From: Candidatus Omnitrophota bacterium
GTDB lineage: Bacteria; Omnitrophota; Omnitrophia; Omnitrophales; Aquincolibacteriaceae
DNA length: 64,000 bases
Direction of reading: 5' to 3'
Assembly: GCA_022709525.1 (NCBI GenBank)
Contig: JAKLIQ010000001.1
Span: 146,679 to 210,678, forward strand
A program made the position numbers and the translations under genes. Shown here piece by piece: positions 1 to 8,312 of this stretch. Position 1 is the stretch's first letter; each line of letters begins with the position of its first letter. The notes beneath the pieces were generated by a model, which was not told the DNA's origin, ran no database searches, and saw only the letters and a program-made list of their open reading frames with translations.

Positions 1-134
1 AACAAAGCGTGCCGATCATTTTTGTGATTATCGCCTGTCTTAGCACCATTAGCGTCGTAAAGAGTTTGTTTTTTCTATCTTGGGCAAGGTCAGCAACAAA
101 TAAAGCCTAACAAAGGATTTCGGGATAATTATTT

Positions 135-1457
135 ATGAAAATAGGGCTTATTGCCATGAGTGGTATCCGGGCGTGCGATGCCGAGCTTCTTGAACTTGGT
201 CTTACGCTCCCTGGGTTTGTTGAGCGTAGCAAGGTCATCGCTTCTCTGCCGAGCTTAGGTCTTTTAACTCTCGCCGGAATGACGCCAAAACAGCACAGCT
301 TGCAATACCTTGAAGTGGCTGACCTGAGGCAGCTAAAAGACCTTTCGTCCGGATTTGATCTCATAGCCATATCCAGCTATACGGCCCAGATCGGTGAGGC
401 CTATGAGCTGGCGGATCGTTATCGTGAAATTGGCATCCCTGTTGTTATGGGTGGACTTCATGTGAGTGCGCTTCCGGAGGAAGCGGCACTACATTGTGAT
501 GCGGTTGTAATTGGCGAAGGAGAGCTTTCTTGGCATGATGTGCTGAAAGATCGTGAAAATAAGTCGCTTAAGCAATTCTATGGAAATGATTCCGGTGATT
601 TTGATTTAAGCCAATCACCAGTGCCTGCCTATGAGCTGCTTGATATCCCTAAATACAACCGCCTGACGGTCCAAACTAGCCGGGGATGCCCTTTTCAATG
701 TGAGTTTTGTGCCAGTTCGATTCTTCTTTCGAAGAAATATAAACAGAAGCCCATTAAAAATGTTTTGGCGGAAATTGATAAAATCAAAAGCATCTGGAAA
801 AGGCCATTTATCGAATTGGCAGATGATAATACCTTTGTTGATAAAAATTATTGGAGGGAACTGCTGCCGGAACTTAAAAAACGTCAGGTCAAATGGTTCA
901 CTGAAACGGATATTTCAGTCGCAGATGATGAAGCATTACTCAGGGTCTTGCAAGAAAGCGGATGCGCAGAGGTGCTCATTGGATTGGAAAGTCCTATCCG
1001 TTCGGGACTTGATGGAATTGAGCGGAAGGGTAACTGGAAGTTAAAACGATGGATCAAATACAAAGATGCTGTTCAGAAGATTCAGGCTCATGGCATAAGA
1101 GTGGATGGATGCTTTGTGGTTGGGCTTGACGGACATGGACCGGATATTTTTGAGGAGGTTTACAGCTTTACGAAAGAAACAAATCTTTTTGATGTTCAGA
1201 TCACGATTCCGACCCCGTTCCCGGGGACTCCTTTTTACGATCGTCTTGATAAAGAAGGGAGGCTCCTTGAGAAAAATGCCTGGGAGCGATGCACGCTTTT
1301 TGATATTAACTTTCAACCTACTGGGATGACACCCGAGGAGCTCAGGAAGGGTTTTATTAACCTCGGGATGAAGCTCTACAGTGGTGAGTTTACTGAAAAT
1401 CGCCGCCACCGATTTGACGAAGAGTACAAGAAATATCTCCATAATCGCAGTGCATAA
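135..1457 (+). CDS. B12-binding radical SAM protein
   Basis: N-terminal cobalamin-binding-like region (GIPVVMGGLHVSALPEE...VVIGEGE) followed by a radical SAM cysteine motif (TSRGCPFQCEFCAS). 440 aa. Confidence 0.8.
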   Translation: MKIGLIAMSGIRACDAELLELGLTLPGFVERSKVIASLPSLGLLTLAGMTPKQHSLQYLEVADLRQLKDLSSGFDLIAISSYTAQIGEAYELADRYREIGIPVVMGGLHVSALPEEAALHCDAVVIGEGELSWHDVLKDRENKSLKQFYGNDSGDFDLSQSPVPAYELLDIPKYNRLTVQTSRGCPFQCEFCASSILLSKKYKQKPIKNVLAEIDKIKSIWKRPFIELADDNTFVDKNYWRELLPELKKRQVKWFTETDISVADDEALLRVLQESGCAEVLIGLESPIRSGLDGIERKGNWKLKRWIKYKDAVQKIQAHGIRVDGCFVVGLDGHGPDIFEEVYSFTKETNLFDVQITIPTPFPGTPFYDRLDKEGRLLEKNAWERCTLFDINFQPTGMTPEELRKGFINLGMKLYSGEFTENRRHRFDEEYKKYLHNRSA

Positions 1458-1577
1458 TATCTCATATCCATCCCCTTAGGTTGCAAAAGGTGATCGTCAC
1501 GCGTTTTGTTGAATTAAAAAGCATGTACAAAAATACATATAAAGATATTTACAAAAAGCCATATAGGTGCTACTATT

Positions 1578-1862
1578 ATGCATAAAAGTCAAGAAAGCCG
1601 TTTTGTTTGGGACTTTGAAAAAGAACGGCTCAATATTTTGAAGCATGGCATTGATTTTCATAAAGCTATAGAGGTGTTCAAAGACCCAAATCGAAAGATT
1701 TTTATCGATGAATCTCACAGCACCGCCGAACAAAGGTTTTTCTGTATCGGCAAAGTGGAAGGAAGGATCCTGACGGTTCGATTTACTTATCGAAACGAAA
1801 AGATCAGAATTTTTGGTGCTGGTGAATGGAGAAAAGGAAAACAAAATTATGAAAAAGAATAA
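1578..1862 (+). CDS. brnT: BrnT-family (DUF497) toxin
   Basis: 94 aa. Shows the KHGIDF...IGKVEGRILTVRFTYRNEKIRIFGAGEW pattern typical of BrnT/DUF497 ribonuclease toxins, and overlaps the next small ORF. Confidence 0.7.
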   Translation: MHKSQESRFVWDFEKERLNILKHGIDFHKAIEVFKDPNRKIFIDESHSTAEQRFFCIGKVEGRILTVRFTYRNEKIRIFGAGEWRKGKQNYEKE

Positions 1863-2133
1863 GAACATAATTAGGGAAAAAGATAGCGGTTATAAAGCGG
1901 ACGATCTTTCAGATCCGGATTTTCCTGTCGGCAAATTGACGCGAGTTCCTGATTTCCTTCCACCGCCCGAAGAGCTTTTTCCTCCGAAGAGTAACATGGT
2001 TAAAGTGACGATTGTCTTAAGAAAAGAAAGTGTGGATTTTTTTAAGGAACAGGCGCGCAAGCACCATACAAAATATCAGCGGATGATCCGGCGCGTTATC
2101 GATCATTATGCCGTTCGCTATCAAGGAAAGTAG
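1849..2133 (+). CDS. brnA: BrnA-family antitoxin
   Basis: ATG at 1849 (MKKNKNII...) overlaps the brnT stop. The C-terminal VKVTIVLRKESVDFFKEQARKHHTKYQRMIRRVIDHY is an RHH/CopG-like BrnA region. The ORF track's longer 1813 start is unlikely. Confidence 0.65.
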   Translation: MKKNKNIIREKDSGYKADDLSDPDFPVGKLTRVPDFLPPPEELFPPKSNMVKVTIVLRKESVDFFKEQARKHHTKYQRMIRRVIDHYAVRYQGK

Positions 2134-2145
2134 ATTGGAGTTTTT

Positions 2146-2751
2146 GTGAAACGAATCTGGATCGCAGGGGCGGTGGTGATCGCAGTAGTGGGTATCGCGG
2201 GGATCGCCTCTCTTTTATTTGGGGCGAGGGCATTGGCGACGGTCCCGGCGCCGGTTGAAAATATCCAGTATCCCTTCGAAAAAGGCGGGGGATTGGTCCA
2301 TATCGCGGTCGATGATATCTTTATGGGCGTGGGGATGCTGACCGCGGAACGGAAAAAAGACGATCTCGATACTGTTTTTACCGGCAGTGTTAATTTTGAA
2401 CCCATCTCAAAAACGGCTCAGGGGCGGATCCAGGTGGACCGGATCCGGCTGATCGAGCGGACCCCGGAAGGAAAAGACAGCCGCATTTTTGAGCCCAGCC
2501 GGATCTATGACGAAGCGACCGAGCGGGGGCTTGCCTCGGAGATCCAATTCCCGAAAGGGAATGGAAAATTCCCGTTCGCGTGGGAGAACGGGGAAAATGA
2601 TTATGTTTACTTCGTTTTTAACGATCTCCCGGACGACCTTCTGGAAGCCGACCTTGTGATCACCTACAACGGCAAATTCCCGCATAAGAAACATACGGCC
2701 TACTACGAAGACCGCCTTTCTGTGAAGCGAAAAAGTTACTTTCGTAATTGA
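2146..2751 (+). CDS. hypothetical membrane-anchored protein
   Basis: GTG-start ORF of 201 aa with an N-terminal hydrophobic helix (IWIAGAVVIAVVGIAGIASLLFG). No family recognised. Confidence 0.45.
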   Translation: MKRIWIAGAVVIAVVGIAGIASLLFGARALATVPAPVENIQYPFEKGGGLVHIAVDDIFMGVGMLTAERKKDDLDTVFTGSVNFEPISKTAQGRIQVDRIRLIERTPEGKDSRIFEPSRIYDEATERGLASEIQFPKGNGKFPFAWENGENDYVYFVFNDLPDDLLEADLVITYNGKFPHKKHTAYYEDRLSVKRKSYFRN

Positions 2752-2797
2752 GAATAAATCAAAGGTCGATAGAATAAGAAGCGTTTAGGAGAGTGCT

Positions 2798-3484
2798 ATG
2801 ACTGTGTACGAATACACGATGGGAAAAGAAATGGATCTGAAAGCGGAGCAGGAACGGACGCTTGCGACGCCGAAGCTTCCGGCGAATTTGATCCTGCGCT
2901 TCATGTTCTGGCAAATCGACGCGCTTTACGGAAAAGCGATGTCGCTTCCGAAGGCGATCGTACTCGAGATCCTGGCGCGTTATCCCTATTGGGCTTGGGA
3001 GAACGGCGCCTACCATTATTTGTCAAAGCTCTACAGCGGCACGGGAAAAGTTTCCCAGGAAAAAGTCGAGACGGCGCTCCGCCATATCCAGATGGGCCGC
3101 GAATCGCAGGATAACGAACAGTGGCATATGCTTCTTTGGGCGGATCTTTGCCATCAAAAGGGGATCAAACTCGGGAAGATCCGGCATTTCCTGCTGCCGA
3201 AAGCGATGACGCTCGTTTATTTCTGCATCACGCGCGTGATGTACTGGCTTAATCCCGTCTGGTCTTTCGCGATGAACGCCGCGTTCGAGTCGCACGCCGA
3301 ACATGAATACATGTTTTACGCGAAGGAGCATCCGGAATTTGAGAACGAACCGGCGGATTCGGTATGGTTCAAATATTATCCGAAGCAAAAGTCCTTAGCG
3401 GACCTCATCCGTCGCGTGGGATTGGACGAACGGGATCATATGAATCATTCGCTCGAAGAGGTCGAACGTCTTCAGCGTTCCTGA
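2798..3484 (+). CDS. alternative-oxidase-like diiron carboxylate protein (AOX/PTOX family)
   Basis: Four motifs track the AOX motifs LET(V)A / NERMHL / LEEEA / RADEAHH. They are LEILARYPYW, NEQWHMLLW, FESHAEHEY and ERDHMNH. 228 aa. Confidence 0.55.
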   Translation: MTVYEYTMGKEMDLKAEQERTLATPKLPANLILRFMFWQIDALYGKAMSLPKAIVLEILARYPYWAWENGAYHYLSKLYSGTGKVSQEKVETALRHIQMGRESQDNEQWHMLLWADLCHQKGIKLGKIRHFLLPKAMTLVYFCITRVMYWLNPVWSFAMNAAFESHAEHEYMFYAKEHPEFENEPADSVWFKYYPKQKSLADLIRRVGLDERDHMNHSLEEVERLQRS

Positions 3485-4629
3485 TCGGTATAAGCGCGCG
3501 AGTCCGGGATGGAAAGATCAAGTTCCGGGAAGCGGCGCGCGATGCTTTCGTGAAATAAATAATCCAGTCCTGCGTTATTTTCAGGCGCAAAGCCCATCAC
3601 ATCCCGCCACACGGTTTTATTTTCCATACAAAAATAGATAAAAACATCCCTCCATTTTTTCCGCAGGGCTTCATAAATATGCCGGTAGAGCTTGACCCGC
3701 CCGGGGCGGAAATAGCGCATCTTGCCGTCAAGCCCGCGGACGAATTCAGCTGTCGCAATGCCGGTTTTCGGGAAACGTTCCTCGATCACTTTTTTCAAGG
3801 GCGGCGGGAAACGCAAACTCCCGAGACTGATCCACATCACTTCGTTTTCAGGGACAGTCCTTGTTAATTTTTCGATCAAGGCCGCGTATTTTTCCTTCCA
3901 TCCCGGAAGCAGAAGCAGGGGATCGAAATGAAAGCCGAGCCGATAACCTTTTTTGACGGCCGCCGCCGCGGTTTCGAGACGTTTTGCAAGCGGAGCGCTT
4001 TTAAATTCCTGGGTCCGGATGAATTCCTCCGGATTAAGCGACCAGGAAACGACGATATTCTTTTTCGGGACCTTGGGAAGATGGCGGATCAAGTCCGTTT
4101 TAGTTTTGATCTCGAGGATCATCTTTCGTTTAAGAGCCGTGCGGATCAGATCCCGGTTAAAATGCGTCAACGGGTCAAGCGCGAGACTGTCGGTAAGCTC
4201 CCCGGTTCCCATGCGGAAGAGGCGCCCGGGCTGGTTCGCAAGAAGCGCGTCGATCTCATGCGGGATATTTTCGGTATTCACATAAATCGTGATCAGCGGC
4301 ACATTCAAATAATTTTGCAGGATGCAGTAAGTGCAATCGAGCGGGCAATGAGTTTGGACATTGAGCGTCCAGTAGCGGCAGCAAAGATAATCCGTTCCCG
4401 TGGCGGGGCATGGCTTGAGGAATCCGCTCTTGAAGCGCGTCAGCCAGAGGCTTTTTTTTCCGGAAGCGAGCGGCATTTGTCCGGCGCCGCGAAGGAAAGC
4501 GCCTTTGCTTTTTACGATCGTGACGGGAACGCCTTTCAGGGCTCGCAGGATCCGGCGCGTCAGCGGCGCGTTCCGGGCCGTCTGATCGAGGAAAATATGT
4601 TCAATGCCAAAGTTTTTTTGCCGTGTCAT
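3472..4629 (-). CDS. spore-photoproduct-lyase family radical SAM protein (SplB-like DNA repair lyase)
   Basis: 385 aa with a CPLDCTYC motif (Cx3Cx2C) and overall similarity to SplB-type radical SAM DNA photoproduct lyases. Confidence 0.7.
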   Translation of the reverse strand: MTRQKNFGIEHIFLDQTARNAPLTRRILRALKGVPVTIVKSKGAFLRGAGQMPLASGKKSLWLTRFKSGFLKPCPATGTDYLCCRYWTLNVQTHCPLDCTYCILQNYLNVPLITIYVNTENIPHEIDALLANQPGRLFRMGTGELTDSLALDPLTHFNRDLIRTALKRKMILEIKTKTDLIRHLPKVPKKNIVVSWSLNPEEFIRTQEFKSAPLAKRLETAAAAVKKGYRLGFHFDPLLLLPGWKEKYAALIEKLTRTVPENEVMWISLGSLRFPPPLKKVIEERFPKTGIATAEFVRGLDGKMRYFRPGRVKLYRHIYEALRKKWRDVFIYFCMENKTVWRDVMGFAPENNAGLDYLFHESIARRFPELDLSIPDSRAYTDQER

Positions 4630-4700
4630 GGCCTCATGCTAGCGGCTTCATAAGGCCTTGAGAAGAGAAAAATCTTGGAGTGCATCCCGTCTTAGACTGG

Positions 4701-5004
4701 CATCCAAAAGGCTTCGGGCTTGAGCCCTCGGCAACACTTCGGGAATCCCCGGCGAGGATTCCCTCGTTCGGGTCTCACTTCTCGCTCCCTACTCTGTAGG
4801 TCCATGCCCCCTCGTCGTTCGAACGTGCCTTGGGCTCAACCCTCCGCCTTTTGTTCAGAAGAGTGAAGACGGAAAGTGTGTTTAAGCGACGTAAGGAGGC
4901 CAGAGCGCCAAGGTTTTTTGCGAGGCCGACGCTCCGAGTGCAGCCACGGCTCGGTGGGCCGTGGCAAACGTTCGCAAAAACACACTTTCCGGCGGAACGA
5001 AGGA
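4701..5004 (+). repeat. ~300-nt structured repeat element, copy 1 (candidate ncRNA or hairpin-ended non-autonomous element)
   Basis: About 85 % identical to 23173-23472 in the same orientation. Differences are compensatory in predicted stems. The ORFs predicted inside it look spurious. Confidence 0.6.
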
Positions 5005-5064
5005 TTGGTGCACGAAAGAGGATGCGTCAAAAATCTTGGTAAACCGGGACGGGGACGCTATATA

Positions 5065-5520
5065 ATGAAAGACATTATGAAGATACGGTTTTCACTTGCC
5101 TGGGCCGAGGGGTCCAAGGCGCTTGATAAAAACTTCAAATCGCGGACGATCTGCTCGCTTTTTAAGGAATATCTCGAAAGGATCGCCAAATTCATGCCCT
5201 GCGAAGGCGGCGCCTATCTTCCTAAAGAACGGTCCTGCGTTTGGGTCTGTGAAAGGGAAAAAGGCAGCCGCACCATGAATTCGGAGGATCTGGCGCGCGC
5301 GTTCCAGCAATGCATGAATTCGGGTGTTCAGGAGCTTCAGGTCGTGATCGGGGGCGCGGACGGATTTACGGCAGGAGAACTTGAAAAAATGAATCCCGCG
5401 TTGCGGTGGAGTTTTGGCCCGATGACGCTGCCTCATGAATTAGCCTCGGTCGTGGCAGCCGAACAGATCTACCGGGCTCTCACCATCATCCACCATCAGC
5501 CCTACCACTCGGGGCATTAG
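5065..5520 (+). CDS. rlmH: 23S rRNA (pseudouridine1915-N3)-methyltransferase RlmH
   Basis: 151 aa from the ATG at 5065. SPOUT-family RlmH similarity throughout (QVVIGGADGFTAGELEKMNPALRWSFGPMTLPHELASVVAAEQIYRALTI). Confidence 0.8.
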   Translation: MKDIMKIRFSLAWAEGSKALDKNFKSRTICSLFKEYLERIAKFMPCEGGAYLPKERSCVWVCEREKGSRTMNSEDLARAFQQCMNSGVQELQVVIGGADGFTAGELEKMNPALRWSFGPMTLPHELASVVAAEQIYRALTIIHHQPYHSGH

Positions 5521-5531
5521 GAAGAAAAAAC

Positions 5532-5549
5532 TGGGCAGGGAGGGAATTG
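5532..5549 (-). repeat. partial duplicate of the tRNA-Phe 3' end (T-arm/acceptor, 18 nt)
   Basis: tgggcagggagggaattg is identical to 5692-5709 of tRNA-Phe. It sits ~140 nt downstream of the tRNA in the tRNA's own orientation. Confidence 0.5.
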
Positions 5550-5691
5550 GCGCTTCCGCTTTGCTTCGGTCGGCCACCCGCCCTATAAACATGACATTCA
5601 GTCATGTTTATAAGCAGGACTCCATTCAATTCCCTCCTTAGAAGTATGGAGGGTAGTCCAAGTTTCTTTGGATTAAAAAAGACGGGAAACT

Positions 5692-5764
5692 TGGGCAGGG
5701 AGGGAATTGAACCCCCGACACAGGGATTTTCAGTCCCTTGCTCTACCGACTGAGCTACCTGCCC
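5692..5764 (-). tRNA. tRNA-Phe (GAA)
   Basis: Reverse complement GGGCAGGTAGCTCAGTCGGTAGAGCAAGGGACTGAAAATCCC...GGTTCAATTCCCTCCCTGCCCA folds as a canonical cloverleaf with anticodon GAA. No CCA is encoded. Confidence 0.9.
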
Positions 5765-5872
5765 ATGTTCGAATTTCGGAAGAGGGCGTCATTATATCAA
5801 TCTTTACTAAAATCACAAGTTTGAAACCACATTTCAACCTACGAGGTTGAAATTTGGGTTCTTCATAGTAGA

Positions 5873-6814
5873 ATGCCGTCTATGAAATACGCGATCGGGA
5901 TTGATATCGGCGGCACCAAGATCTCCGTAACGCTCGGCGCTTCGAACGGAAAGATCCTTGTCCGGAAAAGGGTCGTTACCCGTATTGGTTCGCAAAGTAA
6001 AGCGTGTATCCAAGAAATAATCGCTAATATTCACGAGATCTTCCGTGAATTCAAAATTTCCTCGAAAGACATTCTCGGGATCGGGATCGGCGCGCCGGGC
6101 GCCGTTCATTCCAAAAAAGGCGTTCTGCCGCGCTCTCCCAATCTTGCAGGCTGGGCAGGCATTCCCATCGTTCATATTTTTCGTAATAAATTCAAGGTCC
6201 CGGTCTATCTTGCCAATGACGCGAACGCCGCCGCCTTAGGCGAATTGGTTTTTGGCGCCGGGAAAAAGGTGAAAAATCTGATCTACATCACGGTCAGCAC
6301 CGGTATCGGCGGCGGCCTGATCATTGATCGGGAACTTTATGAAGGGGCCGGGTCCGTGGCGGGGGAGATCGGTCATATGAGCATCGTGCCGGAAGGCCGG
6401 AAATGCAAGTGCGGCCGAAGGGGTTGTCTCGAAGCTTACGCCTCAGGCACAGCGATCGCCCATTGGTATAGCGAAGCAAAAAAATGCAAAGTTAAAGGCG
6501 CGAAAGAGGTTGGATTCGCGGCTGACTCGGGCGACAAGACCGCGGTCCAAAGCTACCGGAAAGGCGCTTATTATCTCGGGATCGGTCTTGCCAATCTTAT
6601 GAATGTCTTGAATCCCGAAGCGATCATTATCGGCGGCGGCGTGCTCAAATCTTCACCGCCCGTTTATTGGAAAGAAGTTCTCAAAAGCGCGAAAGATCAC
6701 GCTTGGCCGGAGGCTTTTCGTACAACCGGGATCCTGCAATCGCCGCTGCTCGGTCATTCCGGCGATCTCGGCGCGCTTGCGCTAGTGTTTAAAAACGCGC
6801 CCAGCAGGATTTGA
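5873..6814 (+). CDS. ROK-family sugar kinase (glucokinase / N-acetylglucosamine kinase-like)
   Basis: N-terminal GIDIGGTK ATP-binding motif and the ROK cysteine/zinc motif (HMSIVPEGRKCKCGRRGCLEAYASG). The 3' end runs into the tRNA-Arg gene, so the exact stop and overlap are uncertain. Confidence 0.8.
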   Translation: MPSMKYAIGIDIGGTKISVTLGASNGKILVRKRVVTRIGSQSKACIQEIIANIHEIFREFKISSKDILGIGIGAPGAVHSKKGVLPRSPNLAGWAGIPIVHIFRNKFKVPVYLANDANAAALGELVFGAGKKVKNLIYITVSTGIGGGLIIDRELYEGAGSVAGEIGHMSIVPEGRKCKCGRRGCLEAYASGTAIAHWYSEAKKCKVKGAKEVGFAADSGDKTAVQSYRKGAYYLGIGLANLMNVLNPEAIIIGGGVLKSSPPVYWKEVLKSAKDHAWPEAFRTTGILQSPLLGHSGDLGALALVFKNAPSRI

Positions 6815-6869
6815 ACCTGCAACCCTCAGTTCCGAAGACTGATGCTCTATCCAATTGAGCTATGGGCGC
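6796..6869 (-). tRNA. tRNA-Arg (TCG)
   Basis: Reverse complement GCGCCCATAGCTCAATTGGATAGAGCATCAGTCTTCGGAACTGAGGGTTGCAGGTTCAAATCCTGCTGGGCGC. The anticodon loop is CTTCGGA, giving anticodon UCG. Confidence 0.85.
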
Positions 6870-6928
6870 TCGAAGAAGAGAACTCATCGTATCCCGAAAC
6901 TTCATTCAAGTTCAAGAAGGATTTTAAG

Positions 6929-7783
6929 TTGAATAATCTTTTGAAGCCCTGCGCGATCTTTTTGAGCGGCTCTCTATTTTTAACCGGCTGTACGACGGCG
7001 GCCAAACGCGGTGTGGATACGGAAGCGATCGCCGAACAATCCGCGAATTCTAATGAGCAGACGGTAGGCGAACAGATCCACCGCGAGATCCTCGCGTCCT
7101 TTTATCCTTATACAGACCCGAAAGTCGTGCAATATGTGGACAATGTAGGGCAGTCTCTCGCGGCTCATGCTAAACGCCGCGATCTCAAGTACCGCATCAC
7201 GATCCTCTACAGCGAAAAGATCTACGCGACTTCCGCGCCGGGCGGCTATATCTATGTCACGACCGGTATGTTGAATTTCCTGGAAAACGAAGCGGAGCTT
7301 GCGGCCATACTCGCGCATGAGATCGGCGAACAACAGTATCCCGACCGCCGCTTCACTCAAACGGACGATATGATCGCCGCTGTGGCGCAAACCGGGTCGG
7401 CGGTCGGCCCGATGTTCGGGCCTTTCGGGTCATTGGCAAGTTTAGGGCTTATCCTTTTGCAGGCCTACAATGAAAGCACTTTCAAAACGCCCGGGGAGCG
7501 GCTTTTGGGGAGTGACGCCGCAGCCATGAAATATCTGATGAACGCCGGATACGACCCGCAGGCTTTGATGGACGTGCAGGAGCATTTTTTGAAAGCGGGG
7601 GAGAAAATGACCCCTTACTTTTATGATTATTACCAATCCCGTCCGATCACCGAAGAGCGCATCCTCGCCATCAAAAAAGAATTCGCGAAACTCCCGCTTT
7701 CCGAGAAGAATCTGACCACAGATGCCGTCGAATACCGGGAAATGACGAAGGGGATCCGCGAGATCTATAAGACGGCTCGTTAA
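6929..7783 (+). CDS. M48-like zinc metallopeptidase lipoprotein
   Basis: HExxH motif (LAHEIGEQQY). A TTG start at 6929 is preceded by AAGAAGG and gives an MNNLLKPCAIFLSGSLFLTGC lipobox. The ORF track's upstream start overlaps tRNA-Arg and is unlikely. Confidence 0.6.
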   Translation: MNNLLKPCAIFLSGSLFLTGCTTAAKRGVDTEAIAEQSANSNEQTVGEQIHREILASFYPYTDPKVVQYVDNVGQSLAAHAKRRDLKYRITILYSEKIYATSAPGGYIYVTTGMLNFLENEAELAAILAHEIGEQQYPDRRFTQTDDMIAAVAQTGSAVGPMFGPFGSLASLGLILLQAYNESTFKTPGERLLGSDAAAMKYLMNAGYDPQALMDVQEHFLKAGEKMTPYFYDYYQSRPITEERILAIKKEFAKLPLSEKNLTTDAVEYREMTKGIREIYKTAR

Positions 7784-7860
7784 AAGCCAACGATTGTTCC
7801 TCGGGATTCGTAAAAGCAAGCATTGAACGAGTCCCTAGGGGCGAGTCCCAAGTCCCGCTT

Positions 7861-8274
7861 TTACTTTTTCCGTTCCCAGGCGCCCGAAGAGGATTGGACC
7901 ATATCGCCGGGCTCGGCCTTCTCGCTTTGAACTTCCGCAAAAGCCCGTTCGATCTCCAGGAGCCCCGAAGCGCCCAGCATGTTCTGTTCCGCAAGCGCTT
8001 CATAAAGGACCCGGCGGTCCTTGTTTTCCGCCGTGACCAATGTGCTGGCGGAGGTGTTGTTTTTCAGGTCCGTCACATATCCTTTATTGTTCTCTCCGAC
8101 AAGACCCTCCCGCTTGAGACCTTGAAGCTGATAATACCGCGCCTGACGGTTTTTCAAGGCCTGCTCGATCTGGGGGGTCATAGTTTTGAAATCGTAATCG
8201 GCGGCCGCGCAAAACGGTGTTGCGGCTGAAAGGACCAGCCATAGGGACAAAAACAAAGTGCAAAGACGTCTCAT
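7861..8274 (-). CDS. ydbL: YdbL-like (DUF1318) periplasmic protein
   Basis: Signal peptide from MRRLCTLFL, with a GAAGGAGGG RBS 7 nt upstream. Third gene of a ydbH-ynbE-ydbL-type operon. Confidence 0.6.
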   Translation of the reverse strand: MRRLCTLFLSLWLVLSAATPFCAAADYDFKTMTPQIEQALKNRQARYYQLQGLKREGLVGENNKGYVTDLKNNTSASTLVTAENKDRRVLYEALAEQNMLGASGLLEIERAFAEVQSEKAEPGDMVQSSSGAWERKK

Positions 8275-8312
8275 CGTGAGACCCTCCTTCAAATTTGAAA
8301 TATCATGGCGGT

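Noticed and set aside
700-1442. Overlapping ORFs 700-1044 (+), 1041-1442 (-), 1105-1329 (+) within the radical SAM gene
   Set aside because: Alternate or antisense frames inside a 440-aa ORF with clear B12-binding and radical SAM motifs. No independent support.
4701-5004. Identity of the repeat as RNase P RNA, tmRNA, 6S RNA or SRP RNA
   Set aside because: None of the universally conserved segments of those RNAs could be found. Two same-orientation copies 18 kb apart also argue against a single-copy housekeeping RNA.
4830-5042. Short ORFs inside both copies of the ~300-nt repeat (4830-5042, 4836-5030, 23226-23669, 23246-23455)
   Set aside because: The two copies do not conserve any of these reading frames. 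Substitutions are compensatory for structure and not synonymous for coding. The frames are Arg/Pro-rich, the GC-frame artefact pattern.
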